The notes: generated by a model from the letters alone, not told the origin. A DNA stretch of 46,619 nucleotides from an uncultured bacterium (GCA_903874345.1 CAIQRY010000044.1:1-46619); one strand, 5' to 3'; shown: positions 1-9,021, counted from the stretch's first letter. Translations and numbers: made by a program.

Positions 1-1105
1 CCGCCTTTACCTTCCTTCCTTCGCCGCCGAGTTTTAAGCCTAAGCGATGTTCAGACGGTGAAATGCTAACGACTTCAAAATTTTTAACTTCGCCCGGATT
101 GAATAATTCGGTAATTTTTTCCTTACCGCCTAAATTCAATTGGCTGATATGCGCTAAACCGTGAATTTCTTCATCGAGTTTAACAAATAAGCCAAAAGGA
201 TTAACTTTCAAAATTGTCCCCGGGACGATTTGCCCGATTTGATATTTAGCACTGGCTTCTAGCCACGGATCTTTCATTAATTTCTTAGCGCTTAAGAAAA
301 CTTTCGCGCCGTCAATGGAAATGATTTCCGCCTTAACCTTGTCGCCGACTTTATACATCTCGCTCGGTGAATCAATTCTCTGCCAGGCTAATTCCGAAAT
401 ATGAATTAAGCCTTCAATATTCTCGCCGAAAGCAACAAACACGCCAAAATTCGTAATCGCCGTAATCCGGCCATCAACCGTCATCCCTAAACGATATTTA
501 TCAAGCGCCGGTTTCTGCTTTTTGTTCCAGACATCCTTTTCACTGAAGATGACTTTATTTTCATCCTCGCTTAAGGTCATAACTGTTACTTCGAATTCCT
601 GACCGACAAATGATTTTAATTTTTCTAAAATCTTGCTCTTATCACCGCCGGAAATACGCGGATAATTATCAGGCGCGAGTTGCGAGACCGGCAAGAAACC
701 ATCAATCTGGCAATAACGACTGAGTAAACCGCCTTTATTGGCGTCCATGATTTTAACTTTAACCGTAGTCTTTTCTTTTAAAGCCAGACGTAAATTCTTC
801 CAGGCTTTTTCCTGACCGACTAAACGGAAAGATAATTCTAATTCCCCGTTTTCATTTTCTTCATCAATAACCGCGGCTTCGATTTCATCGCCCGGTTTCA
901 AATCCGAAAACTCCGGTACTTCGTTATACATTTCCGGACCGCGGACCACGCCCATCAAGATGCCGTCGACATCTAATTTCACTTCCGATTTAGAAGCGGC
1001 CACGACGCGACCCTTAACAATATCTCCGACTTGCGGAATTTTAATTTGATCTTTGTCCAACAGCTTGGCGAACTCGCTGTCTTTTTCTAAATCTTTGTCT
1101 TCCAT
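1..1105 (-). CDS. rpsA: 30S ribosomal protein S1 (S1-domain repeats), 3' end runs off the window
   Basis: Manual translation from ATG at 1105: MEDKDLEKDSEFAKLLDKDQIKIPQVGDIVKGRVVAAS..., with S1 repeats (DANKGGLL, GFLPVSQL, NFGVFV..IEGLIHISELAW, PFGLFVKL..IHGLAHISQL). Not in the ORF track because it is truncated. Confidence 0.92.
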   Translation of the reverse strand, partial: MEDKDLEKDSEFAKLLDKDQIKIPQVGDIVKGRVVAASKSEVKLDVDGILMGVVRGPEMYNEVPEFSDLKPGDEIEAAVIDEENENGELELSFRLVGQEKAWKNLRLALKEKTTVKVKIMDANKGGLLSRYCQIDGFLPVSQLAPDNYPRISGGDKSKILEKLKSFVGQEFEVTVMTLSEDENKVIFSEKDVWNKKQKPALDKYRLGMTVDGRITAITNFGVFVAFGENIEGLIHISELAWQRIDSPSEMYKVGDKVKAEIISIDGAKVFLSAKKLMKDPWLEASAKYQIGQIVPGTILKVNPFGLFVKLDEEIHGLAHISQLNLGGKEKITELFNPGEVKNFEVVSISPSEHRLGLKLGGEGRKVKA

Positions 1106-1219
1106 ATAATAAAAAAATTTCCTTCAACCCGATAAAAATCGAGTTCCGCGACCACCTAGGGGTAAGACCCTTAAAATCCGCGGAATTGCTTAGAGGTGAG
1201 TATTTAATTGATTATTTCT

Positions 1220-1248
1220 AGTATAAATGAAAAATCTTTCGCTGTCAA
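1220..1248 (-). promoter_or_regulatory. sigma70 promoter for rpsA
   Basis: Minus strand TTGACA-17 nt-TATACT. Confidence 0.75.
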
Positions 1249-1268
1249 GACATTCAAAAGAAACGAAA

Positions 1269-1297
1269 TTGACAAAGCCAGGACTTAAAATTAAGAT
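1269..1297 (+). promoter_or_regulatory. sigma70 promoter for the 1326 ORF, divergent from rpsA
   Basis: TTGACA-17 nt-TAAGAT. Confidence 0.6.
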
Positions 1298-1325
1298 AAT
1301 AGTGGACCTTTAAAAAATACGTACC

Positions 1326-1787
1326 ATGGACAAGAAAGAACTAGTTAAAATTGGCGACCCCAATGTTAATTTGGTCAAAATTTATCTTCGTAATAAAGCG
1401 AACGCCCAAACCCAATTGAATTTTTATCGCCGGGAATTGGCCCAAATCTTTGTCCGTCGCTTATCCGGCCGAATTGATGATCACTTTTTCCCCCTGATTG
1501 AACTTCTCTCTTACAAAGACCGCGGCGAAGAACTGAATGGCCCGTTGTTAATGGCTCTTCTTGCGGAAAGCATTCACTTTGAAGAAGACGGAGACCACTT
1601 AGGCGAGCCCTTCTTGAAAAATGCTTTCTGCTTCGTGGGTGGTGAAGAGCTACGGAAAATATATCCTGACGAGCTTTCCTTGCAGCAAGTCTTAAATCAG
1701 GCGAACAAACTATTCGCGCCCGTCTTTACACTGCGCTTTGCCGATTTCGACGACCCGAAAGTAGAATTTCTCCTGGAGGCCGGCTAA
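1326..1787 (+). CDS. hypothetical protein (153 aa)
   Basis: ATG ORF with upstream promoter and downstream terminator; no recognised motif. Confidence 0.7.
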   Translation: MDKKELVKIGDPNVNLVKIYLRNKANAQTQLNFYRRELAQIFVRRLSGRIDDHFFPLIELLSYKDRGEELNGPLLMALLAESIHFEEDGDHLGEPFLKNAFCFVGGEELRKIYPDELSLQQVLNQANKLFAPVFTLRFADFDDPKVEFLLEAG

Positions 1788-1813
1788 GCCCTCAACTAAA
1801 AAAATCAAAAACA

Positions 1814-1842
1814 AAAAAACGGATCTCAAACATCCGTTTTTT
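1814..1842. terminator. bidirectional intrinsic terminator
   Basis: AAAAAACGGAT-loop-ATCCGTTTTTT between convergent genes. Confidence 0.7.
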
Positions 1843-1866
1843 ATTAAAAAATTTTATTTCTTATTT

Positions 1867-2703
1867 TTAAAAACAATCTAAAAAATTTTTTTCTAAATCC
1901 TCTAAATCTTTTAAACCCTGTAAATATTTTTCTTTAATTGGCCCCTCATTATTAATTAAACCTTGAGAATAAAGATACCAATCCGCTAAATAAGCTTGCT
2001 TATCCGCGCCGATCATAATTGTCCCACCGGCCGGGTTGTTATGAATAAAACCCATTTCCGCCGCTTGCGTATAAGTTTTCTTAATCTGCTCGAAGATGTC
2101 CGCGAGTGGCCAATTCTTCTTAATTTGTTCCTTGCCGGCCATAAGAATTTCACTCAGATCAGAACCAGTAATAAATTCTTCTAAAATCGAGCCTCGCAGA
2201 TCATCATAAACAGCCCCATAAAATTTCGGTACACCTTTAACACCCTGCAAATCTTCTAGCGCCTTGGCTTCATTATATAAATAATCAATGATTAATTTGT
2301 CTTGATGATGGTCAAGCGGATTGATTATCTCATAGCGTGGTTCGGAATCGGTCCGCCAGGGCGTGTTAGAGACCGCGGCGAGCGAAAAGCGTCGTTCCAA
2401 ATCTTGAACATCGGTAAAAGTTCTTTCTAATAGATATATTTCCTGACCCGTTTTCGGGTCAAAAGCTCTTAACTTAAAAAGCGGCCCAAAAACGCCGCTA
2501 CTACAAATTTCCCTCTCGCCCCTCAGTTCTAAGTCGTGCTGCAATAATTCATCTTTAACTTTAATTAAGTCGGGTAAAACCAATTTTGCCTCTTTATTTA
2601 GCGGCCCCTCTAGGTCTTCAATCTGTTCCGGCTTAAGCGGTTCATCATCAGGATTAAAGACTAATAAATCCTCATGATCGTTAGGGTGATAAATTTTGGA
2701 CAT
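1867..2703 (-). CDS. protein-kinase-like fold protein (RIO/Kdo/Ser-Thr kinase-like), probably catalytically altered
   Basis: EAKALEDLQGVKGVPKFYG, ILEEFITGSDL hinge, GFIHNN catalytic-loop position and YLADW at the DFG position. Confidence 0.65.
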   Translation of the reverse strand: MSKIYHPNDHEDLLVFNPDDEPLKPEQIEDLEGPLNKEAKLVLPDLIKVKDELLQHDLELRGEREICSSGVFGPLFKLRAFDPKTGQEIYLLERTFTDVQDLERRFSLAAVSNTPWRTDSEPRYEIINPLDHHQDKLIIDYLYNEAKALEDLQGVKGVPKFYGAVYDDLRGSILEEFITGSDLSEILMAGKEQIKKNWPLADIFEQIKKTYTQAAEMGFIHNNPAGGTIMIGADKQAYLADWYLYSQGLINNEGPIKEKYLQGLKDLEDLEKNFLDCF

Positions 2704-2763
2704 ATCTTTATTGCCAAATTTATTATTTACCTGACAAGGTTACCATAAATTAGCGAAAAAATC

Positions 2764-2795
2764 AAAAAAAAGTGACCCCGGATTTTTGGGGTCAC
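2764..2795 (-). terminator. intrinsic terminator of the 2820..3614 ORF
   Basis: GTGACCCC/GGGGTCAC stem followed by a T8 tract on the minus strand. Confidence 0.75.
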
Positions 2796-2819
2796 CTGCT
2801 CTAGTCAGGAGCGAAGGGT

Positions 2820-3614
2820 TTACTTCCATCTGATGACGGAAATCTGATAATCAATTCCCTCAGGCGGAAGCTTAAGATAATTTTTGAGACAAACACTGGA
2901 AAAGGTTGTTTGCTTGTCACCAAGAATAATGTAGGATATTTCTTCGGGCTTAATCAGGGCCGGAATAAAACATTCCCTGGGGAAATCGAGGATTAAAGCC
3001 TCTTTTTCCTGTAAATTAGCCGCGAAGATAATCGCTTTGTCCGCTTTAGCATTGTTAACATTAACCAGATTCTCAGTCGAAAAGAAAAACTTTTTGTAAT
3101 TAGAAGTTTTATCTTTTCCGCGGGTCAAGCTAATCGTAGCGCTGACTTCAAGATAATCCAGGGCTGACAATAATGTCAGACCTTGTCTGGCCGCTTCATC
3201 TTTCTCTTCTTGCCAGGAAAAATACATCTCCGGGTTACTCGAGAAGTCAACGAGGCGCCAACCCACGCCGCTAACCTTAAGCGGCAGCGCCGGGGAATGA
3301 ATCTTCCAAAACATTGCGAGGTCGCTAGTGTTCAGACCGAACACTGGCACAAGATAAAAATCTGACCCGTTGGTGTTTTTTTCGAGACATTTCCTTAGAG
3401 TCGTTTCGGAATAAGGAATAATTTCTTCAGGAGCATTCGTCGCGCCTATTTCCTGATCATTAGTAACCTTATAGGTTAATTTGGACCAGAAAACGGAGGC
3501 CTCTTGCCGGGAGATAAATCTCTCCCCTAATATTTCCCGCGCTTTTTGTGGGGAAACCTGTCCCCAGACATTAAGCAACGGTATTAAAAACAATAATAAT
3601 ACCAATTTCTTCAT
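2820..3614 (-). CDS. secreted hypothetical protein, possible C-type-lectin-like (CLec) family
   Basis: N-terminal signal peptide MKKLVLLLFLIPLLNVWG; AREILGERFIS...IPYSETTL...GWRLVDF pattern. Confidence 0.65.
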   Translation of the reverse strand: MKKLVLLLFLIPLLNVWGQVSPQKAREILGERFISRQEASVFWSKLTYKVTNDQEIGATNAPEEIIPYSETTLRKCLEKNTNGSDFYLVPVFGLNTSDLAMFWKIHSPALPLKVSGVGWRLVDFSSNPEMYFSWQEEKDEAARQGLTLLSALDYLEVSATISLTRGKDKTSNYKKFFFSTENLVNVNNAKADKAIIFAANLQEKEALILDFPRECFIPALIKPEEISYIILGDKQTTFSSVCLKNYLKLPPEGIDYQISVIRWK

Positions 3615-3697
3615 GATTACTGGGGGTTTTAATGAATTTTTAAATAACTTTAGGTTGGTCTTAAATCAGCTTTTTAAACTAAAATAAGCAACTATTA

Positions 3698-3726
3698 TTT
3701 ATACCATAAGTAAAAATATATGTCAA
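3698..3726 (-). promoter_or_regulatory. sigma70 promoter with extended -10 for the 2820..3614 ORF
   Basis: TTGACA-17 nt-(TGG)TATAAA. Confidence 0.65.
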
Positions 3727-3739
3727 TAGTAGGCTAAAA

Positions 3740-5650
3740 TTAGTTATAACTAGTAACCCTGACTAGTTTATCGTGGCCATATTCATCTCCGATAGAAAAC
3801 TTATTGACAATAATATTTTCATCATCAATATTTTTCAATTTTTCCGCGTATTCTTTATGTAAATTATGCCCCAGGCCCTTAGCCGTTGAGTATTTCTCTA
3901 ACTGTATCTTTGTCTGTTCGAAGGCACCGGTTGGCTTGGTAAAATCTTTGATTAAACCATCTAAATCCATCTGCAAATATTTTGCTTGTTTATTTTCAAG
4001 ATAAGGGACCACCATCTTAACATAAACATCTTTATCGGCGGCTTCTTCCTGCATCTTCATTAATTTATTATAAGTAACGTCCTGAAATGACTCGTCTGTA
4101 AAAGTAACCATCCATCGGTTTTCATTGACATTTTTTTCCGAACTAAATCTGTCTAGACCCTCCAAGGTCGAGCTAATTACTTTTTCTTGAGTATTGCCGC
4201 TGGTCGGAACTTGTCTTAAAACCTGGACGGCTTCGTTAATATTCTTACATACCTTAAAAGAATTGGCATGATCCGAAAAAAATTCGATGGTTATTTCCGC
4301 TTTAGAATCGGGATAATTATCAAGCAAATATTGGGCGATCCCAGCTATCGTGGGCGCCATTGACGGGCTAATATCAATAGCGATCAATCCTTTCGTATTA
4401 TTATTAATCGGCGGCAGCTCAATGCGTGGATGAGACGTAACCGATATCGAGTCGGGTGTTGGCCCTAATTCAACCGGAATATTAGGAATCTTCTGCATCG
4501 TCATACCTTCCGCCATCAAATTAACTTTCACATAGCGGCATTCTTCTAATAATTTCTGGTACTTATCCGGGTTGCTTTGCTTTATTTTTTCAATTTCTTT
4601 TTCCGTATAATTTTTACCATTGTCTTTTTTCAAATCGGTTAGATAAGTAATCCCGGCTTCAGGCCCGCTCTTGCTGTCAGCGACCTTAATAATAATTGGC
4701 TTTTCGGCAATACCATCAAGTCGTTCCGGGTTTAAGCCGGAAGGCACTGCTTTATATTTTTCTTTGGCCTCTTTTACAAATTCATTAATACCCTCTTCAA
4801 CCGCTTCCGCTCCATTAATACCTCTATTTTCAGCTAAATTGGCATTTCCTCCTCGGCGCTCGTCATCAATTTTATTTTCAAGAACAAACTTATTAGTTTT
4901 AAGTGGCGGATTATCCCAATTATTAGTTTTCCGTTGATCACTCGAAGAATACATGACTATGTCATGAGACATAAAATCATGATAATTCGCCTCATTAATC
5001 TGGCTGAGAAAAAGCTTAACCTGCGCTTTTATTTGCTCGGCTTGATCGGCCGGAATATCGGCTTTATCTGTCTCATAACTATTAGATAGATCCAATTGAG
5101 CTAAATTATTTAAATCTAGGTTTTCCGATGATTCGGCGTCAAGATGATAGGTTTTATCACCGCCTTCTATTTTCTTTTCACTCTTATCATTAAGCTCAAT
5201 ATTAAACTTTTTAGCGCTCGTCTCTGGTTTCGTCGGCTCCGCCGCCTGCGCCTGAGGCGCAAATTTCAAAAATAATAAAAGAGAGACAAACGCCGCTTTA
5301 CCGGCCTGGCTGCGAATCATCTTTTTAAAAATATTCGGATCCTGATAGGTCTCGACTTGACTCGCGAGCGACTCCTTTAAGCTCTGATTAAAATCCTCAA
5401 TCTCGGCGATATTGATATTCTCATCGCCCATGGCGTATTTTAAATATTCCTCCGGATTCATACCGGTAATCGCCTCTAATTCTTCCGGCGACATTTCTCC
5501 TTTTTCGTCTAATTGCCCCTGAACTTTTTCGAGGTCTGACAAAAGCGAGCGATCGCGACCGCTTTCGTTTACTTTAAATTCTTTTTCTGGCGCGGGCGCC
5601 TTGCTCTCTTCTTCGCTTTGGCCGAACCCTAATTTATTCCAAATACTCAT
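3740..5650 (-). CDS. membrane-anchored/exported protein with OmpA-C-like and vWA domains
   Basis: Internal hydrophobic segment AAFVSLLLFLKFAPQAQA; YETDKADI...NANLAENRG (OmpA-like); IAIDISPSM (MIDAS DxSxS), GNT and VTFTDE (vWA). Confidence 0.65.
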   Translation of the reverse strand: MSIWNKLGFGQSEEESKAPAPEKEFKVNESGRDRSLLSDLEKVQGQLDEKGEMSPEELEAITGMNPEEYLKYAMGDENINIAEIEDFNQSLKESLASQVETYQDPNIFKKMIRSQAGKAAFVSLLLFLKFAPQAQAAEPTKPETSAKKFNIELNDKSEKKIEGGDKTYHLDAESSENLDLNNLAQLDLSNSYETDKADIPADQAEQIKAQVKLFLSQINEANYHDFMSHDIVMYSSSDQRKTNNWDNPPLKTNKFVLENKIDDERRGGNANLAENRGINGAEAVEEGINEFVKEAKEKYKAVPSGLNPERLDGIAEKPIIIKVADSKSGPEAGITYLTDLKKDNGKNYTEKEIEKIKQSNPDKYQKLLEECRYVKVNLMAEGMTMQKIPNIPVELGPTPDSISVTSHPRIELPPINNNTKGLIAIDISPSMAPTIAGIAQYLLDNYPDSKAEITIEFFSDHANSFKVCKNINEAVQVLRQVPTSGNTQEKVISSTLEGLDRFSSEKNVNENRWMVTFTDESFQDVTYNKLMKMQEEAADKDVYVKMVVPYLENKQAKYLQMDLDGLIKDFTKPTGAFEQTKIQLEKYSTAKGLGHNLHKEYAEKLKNIDDENIIVNKFSIGDEYGHDKLVRVTSYN

Positions 5651-5670
5651 ATGTTTTTTGCTTAAATTAT

Positions 5671-6249
5671 TTATTTTTTTAAGTTAAAAAAATTATCAAT
5701 CAAGTCATTTGGCGTCTCGCCGGTTTGAGTAGACAAGACTTTGAGAAATTCCTGCCGACTGAAAGAACCTAATAACGCCTGCGCGGCCACTTCTGCTTTT
5801 TTAGCGCCTAATTTACTTAATAATAAATTAAGATAGCGGTTAAAGTTCTTATAAAGAACCACGCGTAATTGAAATTGGTAGTTAAGATCGTCGTCCGAAA
5901 TTGATAAAAGTTTTTTAGTTTTAATTATTTCTGTTAAGTAATATAGAATATCATGATTAAAATCGACGATCGGGAAAAAATTATCTTCATTCTCCTGATT
6001 AATAAAGTTTAGGGTGCGTGTTAAATCTGGTTTTACTTTTAATTCCCATTTATCAAATTCCGGATATTTTTCTAAAAACTCCGGGAGACTAACCCCTTCT
6101 TTAATAAAGGCTAAAATCTCATCCGCTTTTTTGGGATCAGAAATAATTAATCCAGGTAAAATTTGACTAATTAGACTCTCTAGTAAAATCCGATCCTGCC
6201 AAAAAGAATTAGGTTTATCACCTTCTTTAATTGTTTGTGTCTTGTTCAT
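5671..6249 (-). CDS. hypothetical protein (192 aa)
   Basis: ATG ORF co-oriented 20 nt upstream of the vWA gene; TGCTATTAT lies 6 nt before the ATG. Confidence 0.7.
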   Translation of the reverse strand: MNKTQTIKEGDKPNSFWQDRILLESLISQILPGLIISDPKKADEILAFIKEGVSLPEFLEKYPEFDKWELKVKPDLTRTLNFINQENEDNFFPIVDFNHDILYYLTEIIKTKKLLSISDDDLNYQFQLRVVLYKNFNRYLNLLLSKLGAKKAEVAAQALLGSFSRQEFLKVLSTQTGETPNDLIDNFFNLKK

Positions 6250-6302
6250 GCTTTAATAATAGCATTATTTATGACGAAAAATAAAGGTTGGGGCGAGGAT
6301 AT

Positions 6303-6330
6303 AAAAAAGCTGAGGAGTGAGCTCAGCTTT
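6303..6330 (-). terminator. intrinsic terminator of cassette 2
   Basis: AAAGCTGAG/CTCAGCTTT stem with a T6 tract on the minus strand. Confidence 0.75.
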
Positions 6331-6346
6331 ATCTTGTCAGAATCAA

Positions 6347-6763
6347 TTAAAGAGCGGCTTTTAAGTCGATGGCCTCAACTTGCTCGGCCGTGACCTCAAT
6401 CATCCTTTCGCTGCCGTAATAATACGGGCTTAAAATGATCGTGTGTGTGTACTTCTTCCCCTCTCGGCAATAATTAATTAATTTTCCATTGTGGAAGTAG
6501 CCGCCGAAATGGCTAAACTTGAGCTTAGTGTCGAGCTGACTCAGCTTCGAATCTAAATGTGTTTTGCCGTTAAGACTCAACATATTATGAAGCCCGAAAG
6601 TAATATCCTCTGAATAGCCTGTACAAAAAACTGACTTGGTCAACTTTTCGCTGGCGTCGATAAGCGCCAAACAGGCTTTTTTGGTTTCGTCGCCGCAATC
6701 CCGAGAATTAAGAATAACGAACTTCAGAATATCAAGCTGTCTTTTAGTTACCTTCTTTTTCAT
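6347..6763 (-). CDS. hypothetical protein, paralog of 7506..7958
   Basis: Shares LK.ILNS.D..DE.KK.C.ALIDAS, G.THLD and FS..GGYF.N motifs with 7506..7958. Confidence 0.8.
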   Translation of the reverse strand: MKKKVTKRQLDILKFVILNSRDCGDETKKACLALIDASEKLTKSVFCTGYSEDITFGLHNMLSLNGKTHLDSKLSQLDTKLKFSHFGGYFHNGKLINYCREGKKYTHTIILSPYYYGSERMIEVTAEQVEAIDLKAAL

Positions 6764-6793
6764 CCCTTAGATTATTAGATTAATATTATCTGG

Positions 6794-7333
6794 CTATTCC
6801 ACGGTCACAACCGGTGAGGTTGTCCAGCCGCTATTCTGGTCATCGTCCATTTTCATGCTTTTATGCAAGGCCAGAAATGTTATTTTGCAACGGGAAATGT
6901 CGATCGGTTTATTCAACCGCTCAATCGTCCGCCAGCCCTCTTCATCAATCGCCCCGAATTTATAAGTTGAATTCCAGGTACGAACAGTGAATGGGGCTTG
7001 AGGGATAGTGACCACATCCTTCATAGGAGAAGCGATGCCGACTTTCTCATAAATCTCTCCGATAGCGCGCCGGCTCGCTGCCCCGGCCCCGCCCGGAGCA
7101 TCAACGTCGCCCCTGAGATCGGGGTGCTGCATTTGCCAAACATTTTCCCAGGCTTTTTCGCAGGCCGGCATAACATCTGCCAATTTTTTGTTCTCATCTG
7201 CCGCACAGAAGAAAATACTTAAGATTACAATCACGCCATTCGGCGAGAAACCGCGATCCAGGAAGGCTTCGATTTTCTCAATCTCTTCCAGGTTAAACCG
7301 CGAGGTCATTTTTTCTTTTAATAACTTGTCCAT
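6794..7333 (-). CDS. hypothetical protein (179 aa from ATG 7333)
   Basis: ATG MDKLLKEK lies downstream of the promoter at 7391..7419; C-terminal TWNSTY...WTTSPVV beta-rich segment. Confidence 0.7.
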   Translation of the reverse strand: MDKLLKEKMTSRFNLEEIEKIEAFLDRGFSPNGVIVILSIFFCAADENKKLADVMPACEKAWENVWQMQHPDLRGDVDAPGGAGAASRRAIGEIYEKVGIASPMKDVVTIPQAPFTVRTWNSTYKFGAIDEEGWRTIERLNKPIDISRCKITFLALHKSMKMDDDQNSGWTTSPVVTVE

Positions 7334-7390
7334 TTTGTCTATTTTTAGTTCAACCTTTGATTTGTTAAGGAAAAAGTAATTTAACAAAAA

Positions 7391-7419
7391 ATATTACCAT
7401 TAAAATTACATGGTGTCAA
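7391..7419 (-). promoter_or_regulatory. sigma70 promoter of cassette 2
   Basis: TTGACA-17 nt-(TGG)TAATAT followed by TTTTTGTTAA. Confidence 0.65.
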
Positions 7420-7447
7420 TTATAAATCTTTGACTTTTTTTGGATAT

Positions 7448-7475
7448 AAAAAACCGCTGCTTTGAAACAGCGGTT
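7448..7475 (-). terminator. intrinsic terminator of cassette 1
   Basis: AACCGCTG/CAGCGGTT stem with a T6 tract on the minus strand. Confidence 0.75.
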
Positions 7476-7505
7476 AGGCAAAAAATTTGGGCAGTTGAAA
7501 CTTGC

Positions 7506-7958
7506 TTATTGCGCGACAGATCTCGACAAATTGTGGAGAGTGTCTTTCAGCTCGACCCTGGAAACTCGGTTTTTGTTGATGCTCGTAGCCTGGCGATCAT
7601 AGCGGGTATCGGAGAGCCAAACGGTAAAATCCCATTTGCCTTTGACGCGTATTTTGGAATACCAGATCTTATTGCGGAAATAACCACCATGAAAGGAGAA
7701 ACGATACTTCGTCCCCAGGGCTGTCATAATCGCATCCAAGTGGGTACTGCCAACGCTACTGACCATCCGGTCAATCCCTGGAATTTCACCGTCGATAGGC
7801 AGGTCCTTAATTGTAAAATAAACCGGTTTCGTAAAACCCTGGCTGGCATCAATCAGAGCGAAACAGATTTTCTTGTCTTCATCATCAGCGTCTTTGGAAT
7901 TCAGGATCAAATACTTCAAAGCACTGATCTGTTCTTTGCTTGGTTTTTTCTTTTTCAT
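7506..7958 (-). CDS. hypothetical protein, paralog of 6347..6763 (start at MKKKKP)
   Basis: N-terminus aligns with the paralog's MKKKV start, and this start avoids overlap with the upstream gene. Confidence 0.8.
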   Translation of the reverse strand: MKKKKPSKEQISALKYLILNSKDADDEDKKICFALIDASQGFTKPVYFTIKDLPIDGEIPGIDRMVSSVGSTHLDAIMTALGTKYRFSFHGGYFRNKIWYSKIRVKGKWDFTVWLSDTRYDRQATSINKNRVSRVELKDTLHNLSRSVAQ

Positions 7959-7995
7959 CTTTTCTAAATTATGAGACAACAATTTACATTCGGAA

Positions 7996-9021
7996 TTATT
8001 CTTTCTCAACCATTTGCAACTTGGTGACATGCAGTGTTCCTTCTTTGGTACGGAAGTAATCCGTCGTGCGATAAAGAAACCCGATTGTTTTTTCATTGAT
8101 AAGCTCATCCGGTATCTGGCTGATTAGATAAGCATAATTCGGCTCATAGAAATCCGCCATCTCCCCGAATTCCTGGTAAACATTAATCTCGGCGCCGAGC
8201 TTATATGGTTTCGGGACAGGAGTAGTTTCGTTTTTATAGTGCAGGTGGCTGCCGTTTAAAGCAATCCAAATACCGATACGCATGAATAGCTTTTCAATCT
8301 CGCCTGGGGCAATAAAGTAATAGCCCTCTTTGTAGAAATTAATAATCGGCTTAATCTGCTCTTTTAACCTGTTCGCCCTTTCAAGATCAACCGGCTTAAT
8401 TAAGCCCTGGACCGAAGGATAAGCATCTTCCAGGCCTGACCCTTCCCCGTTTTTGCCGTAGAAGATAATGGAAGTTGATTGATAGTCACTGTTGAGAACA
8501 CGCGGGCTTCCTTTAGGATTAAGCGCGAAGGCAACTGTGTCCGGTAAAATATCAGCTGGTATCTGCGCCATGAGTTCGGCAAAGCTGATTTTACAGAAAC
8601 CATAATAACCGCCAATCCTGACAAAAATATCCCTGGTCGCCAGTGGCTTGAGGCCAACAGCTCGCGTTGTTAATTCGCTACCTTCTTCAAAATTAAAGGC
8701 CTGTGTTCTGGGATTACAATGATTTTTCACATAGAAGAGATCAAAATACTTTTCATCCTCTTCGCTGGTGGTGTAAATTTTCCCGTTGATTCCTTGCATT
8801 GCCGGCTTAACATATTTGATCTGCTTCATCCTTTGCGCCAGAATTTTGTCAGAAATTTCCGGAATTTTTTTCTCCCATTCGTAATCACTCAGGGCGAGGG
8901 CCAGAGCCTTTCTCGGATTTCTTTCGCCTTTATAGGCGAGCGAAGGGTTTCTCCCTCTTTTCCTTTTAGCAGCCGCGTGAAGAATAACTTTACGAGCAGC
9001 GCTTACTTTAACATTTTCCAT
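7996..9021 (-). CDS. hypothetical protein with an internally duplicated domain
   Basis: 341 aa; repeated motif F..S/N.A.L.(A/S)QIP.(D/E).(L/I)..T..F. Confidence 0.75.
   Translation of the reverse strand: MENVKVSAARKVILHAAAKRKRGRNPSLAYKGERNPRKALALALSDYEWEKKIPEISDKILAQRMKQIKYVKPAMQGINGKIYTTSEEDEKYFDLFYVKNHCNPRTQAFNFEEGSELTTRAVGLKPLATRDIFVRIGGYYGFCKISFAELMAQIPADILPDTVAFALNPKGSPRVLNSDYQSTSIIFYGKNGEGSGLEDAYPSVQGLIKPVDLERANRLKEQIKPIINFYKEGYYFIAPGEIEKLFMRIGIWIALNGSHLHYKNETTPVPKPYKLGAEINVYQEFGEMADFYEPNYAYLISQIPDELINEKTIGFLYRTTDYFRTKEGTLHVTKLQMVEKE

Noticed and set aside
7440-8108. 175-aa plus-strand ORF 7440..7967 and the extension of the minus ORF to 8108
   Set aside because: The first is antisense to a gene supported by paralogy. 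The second overlaps the upstream gene and extends beyond the paralog-aligned start.
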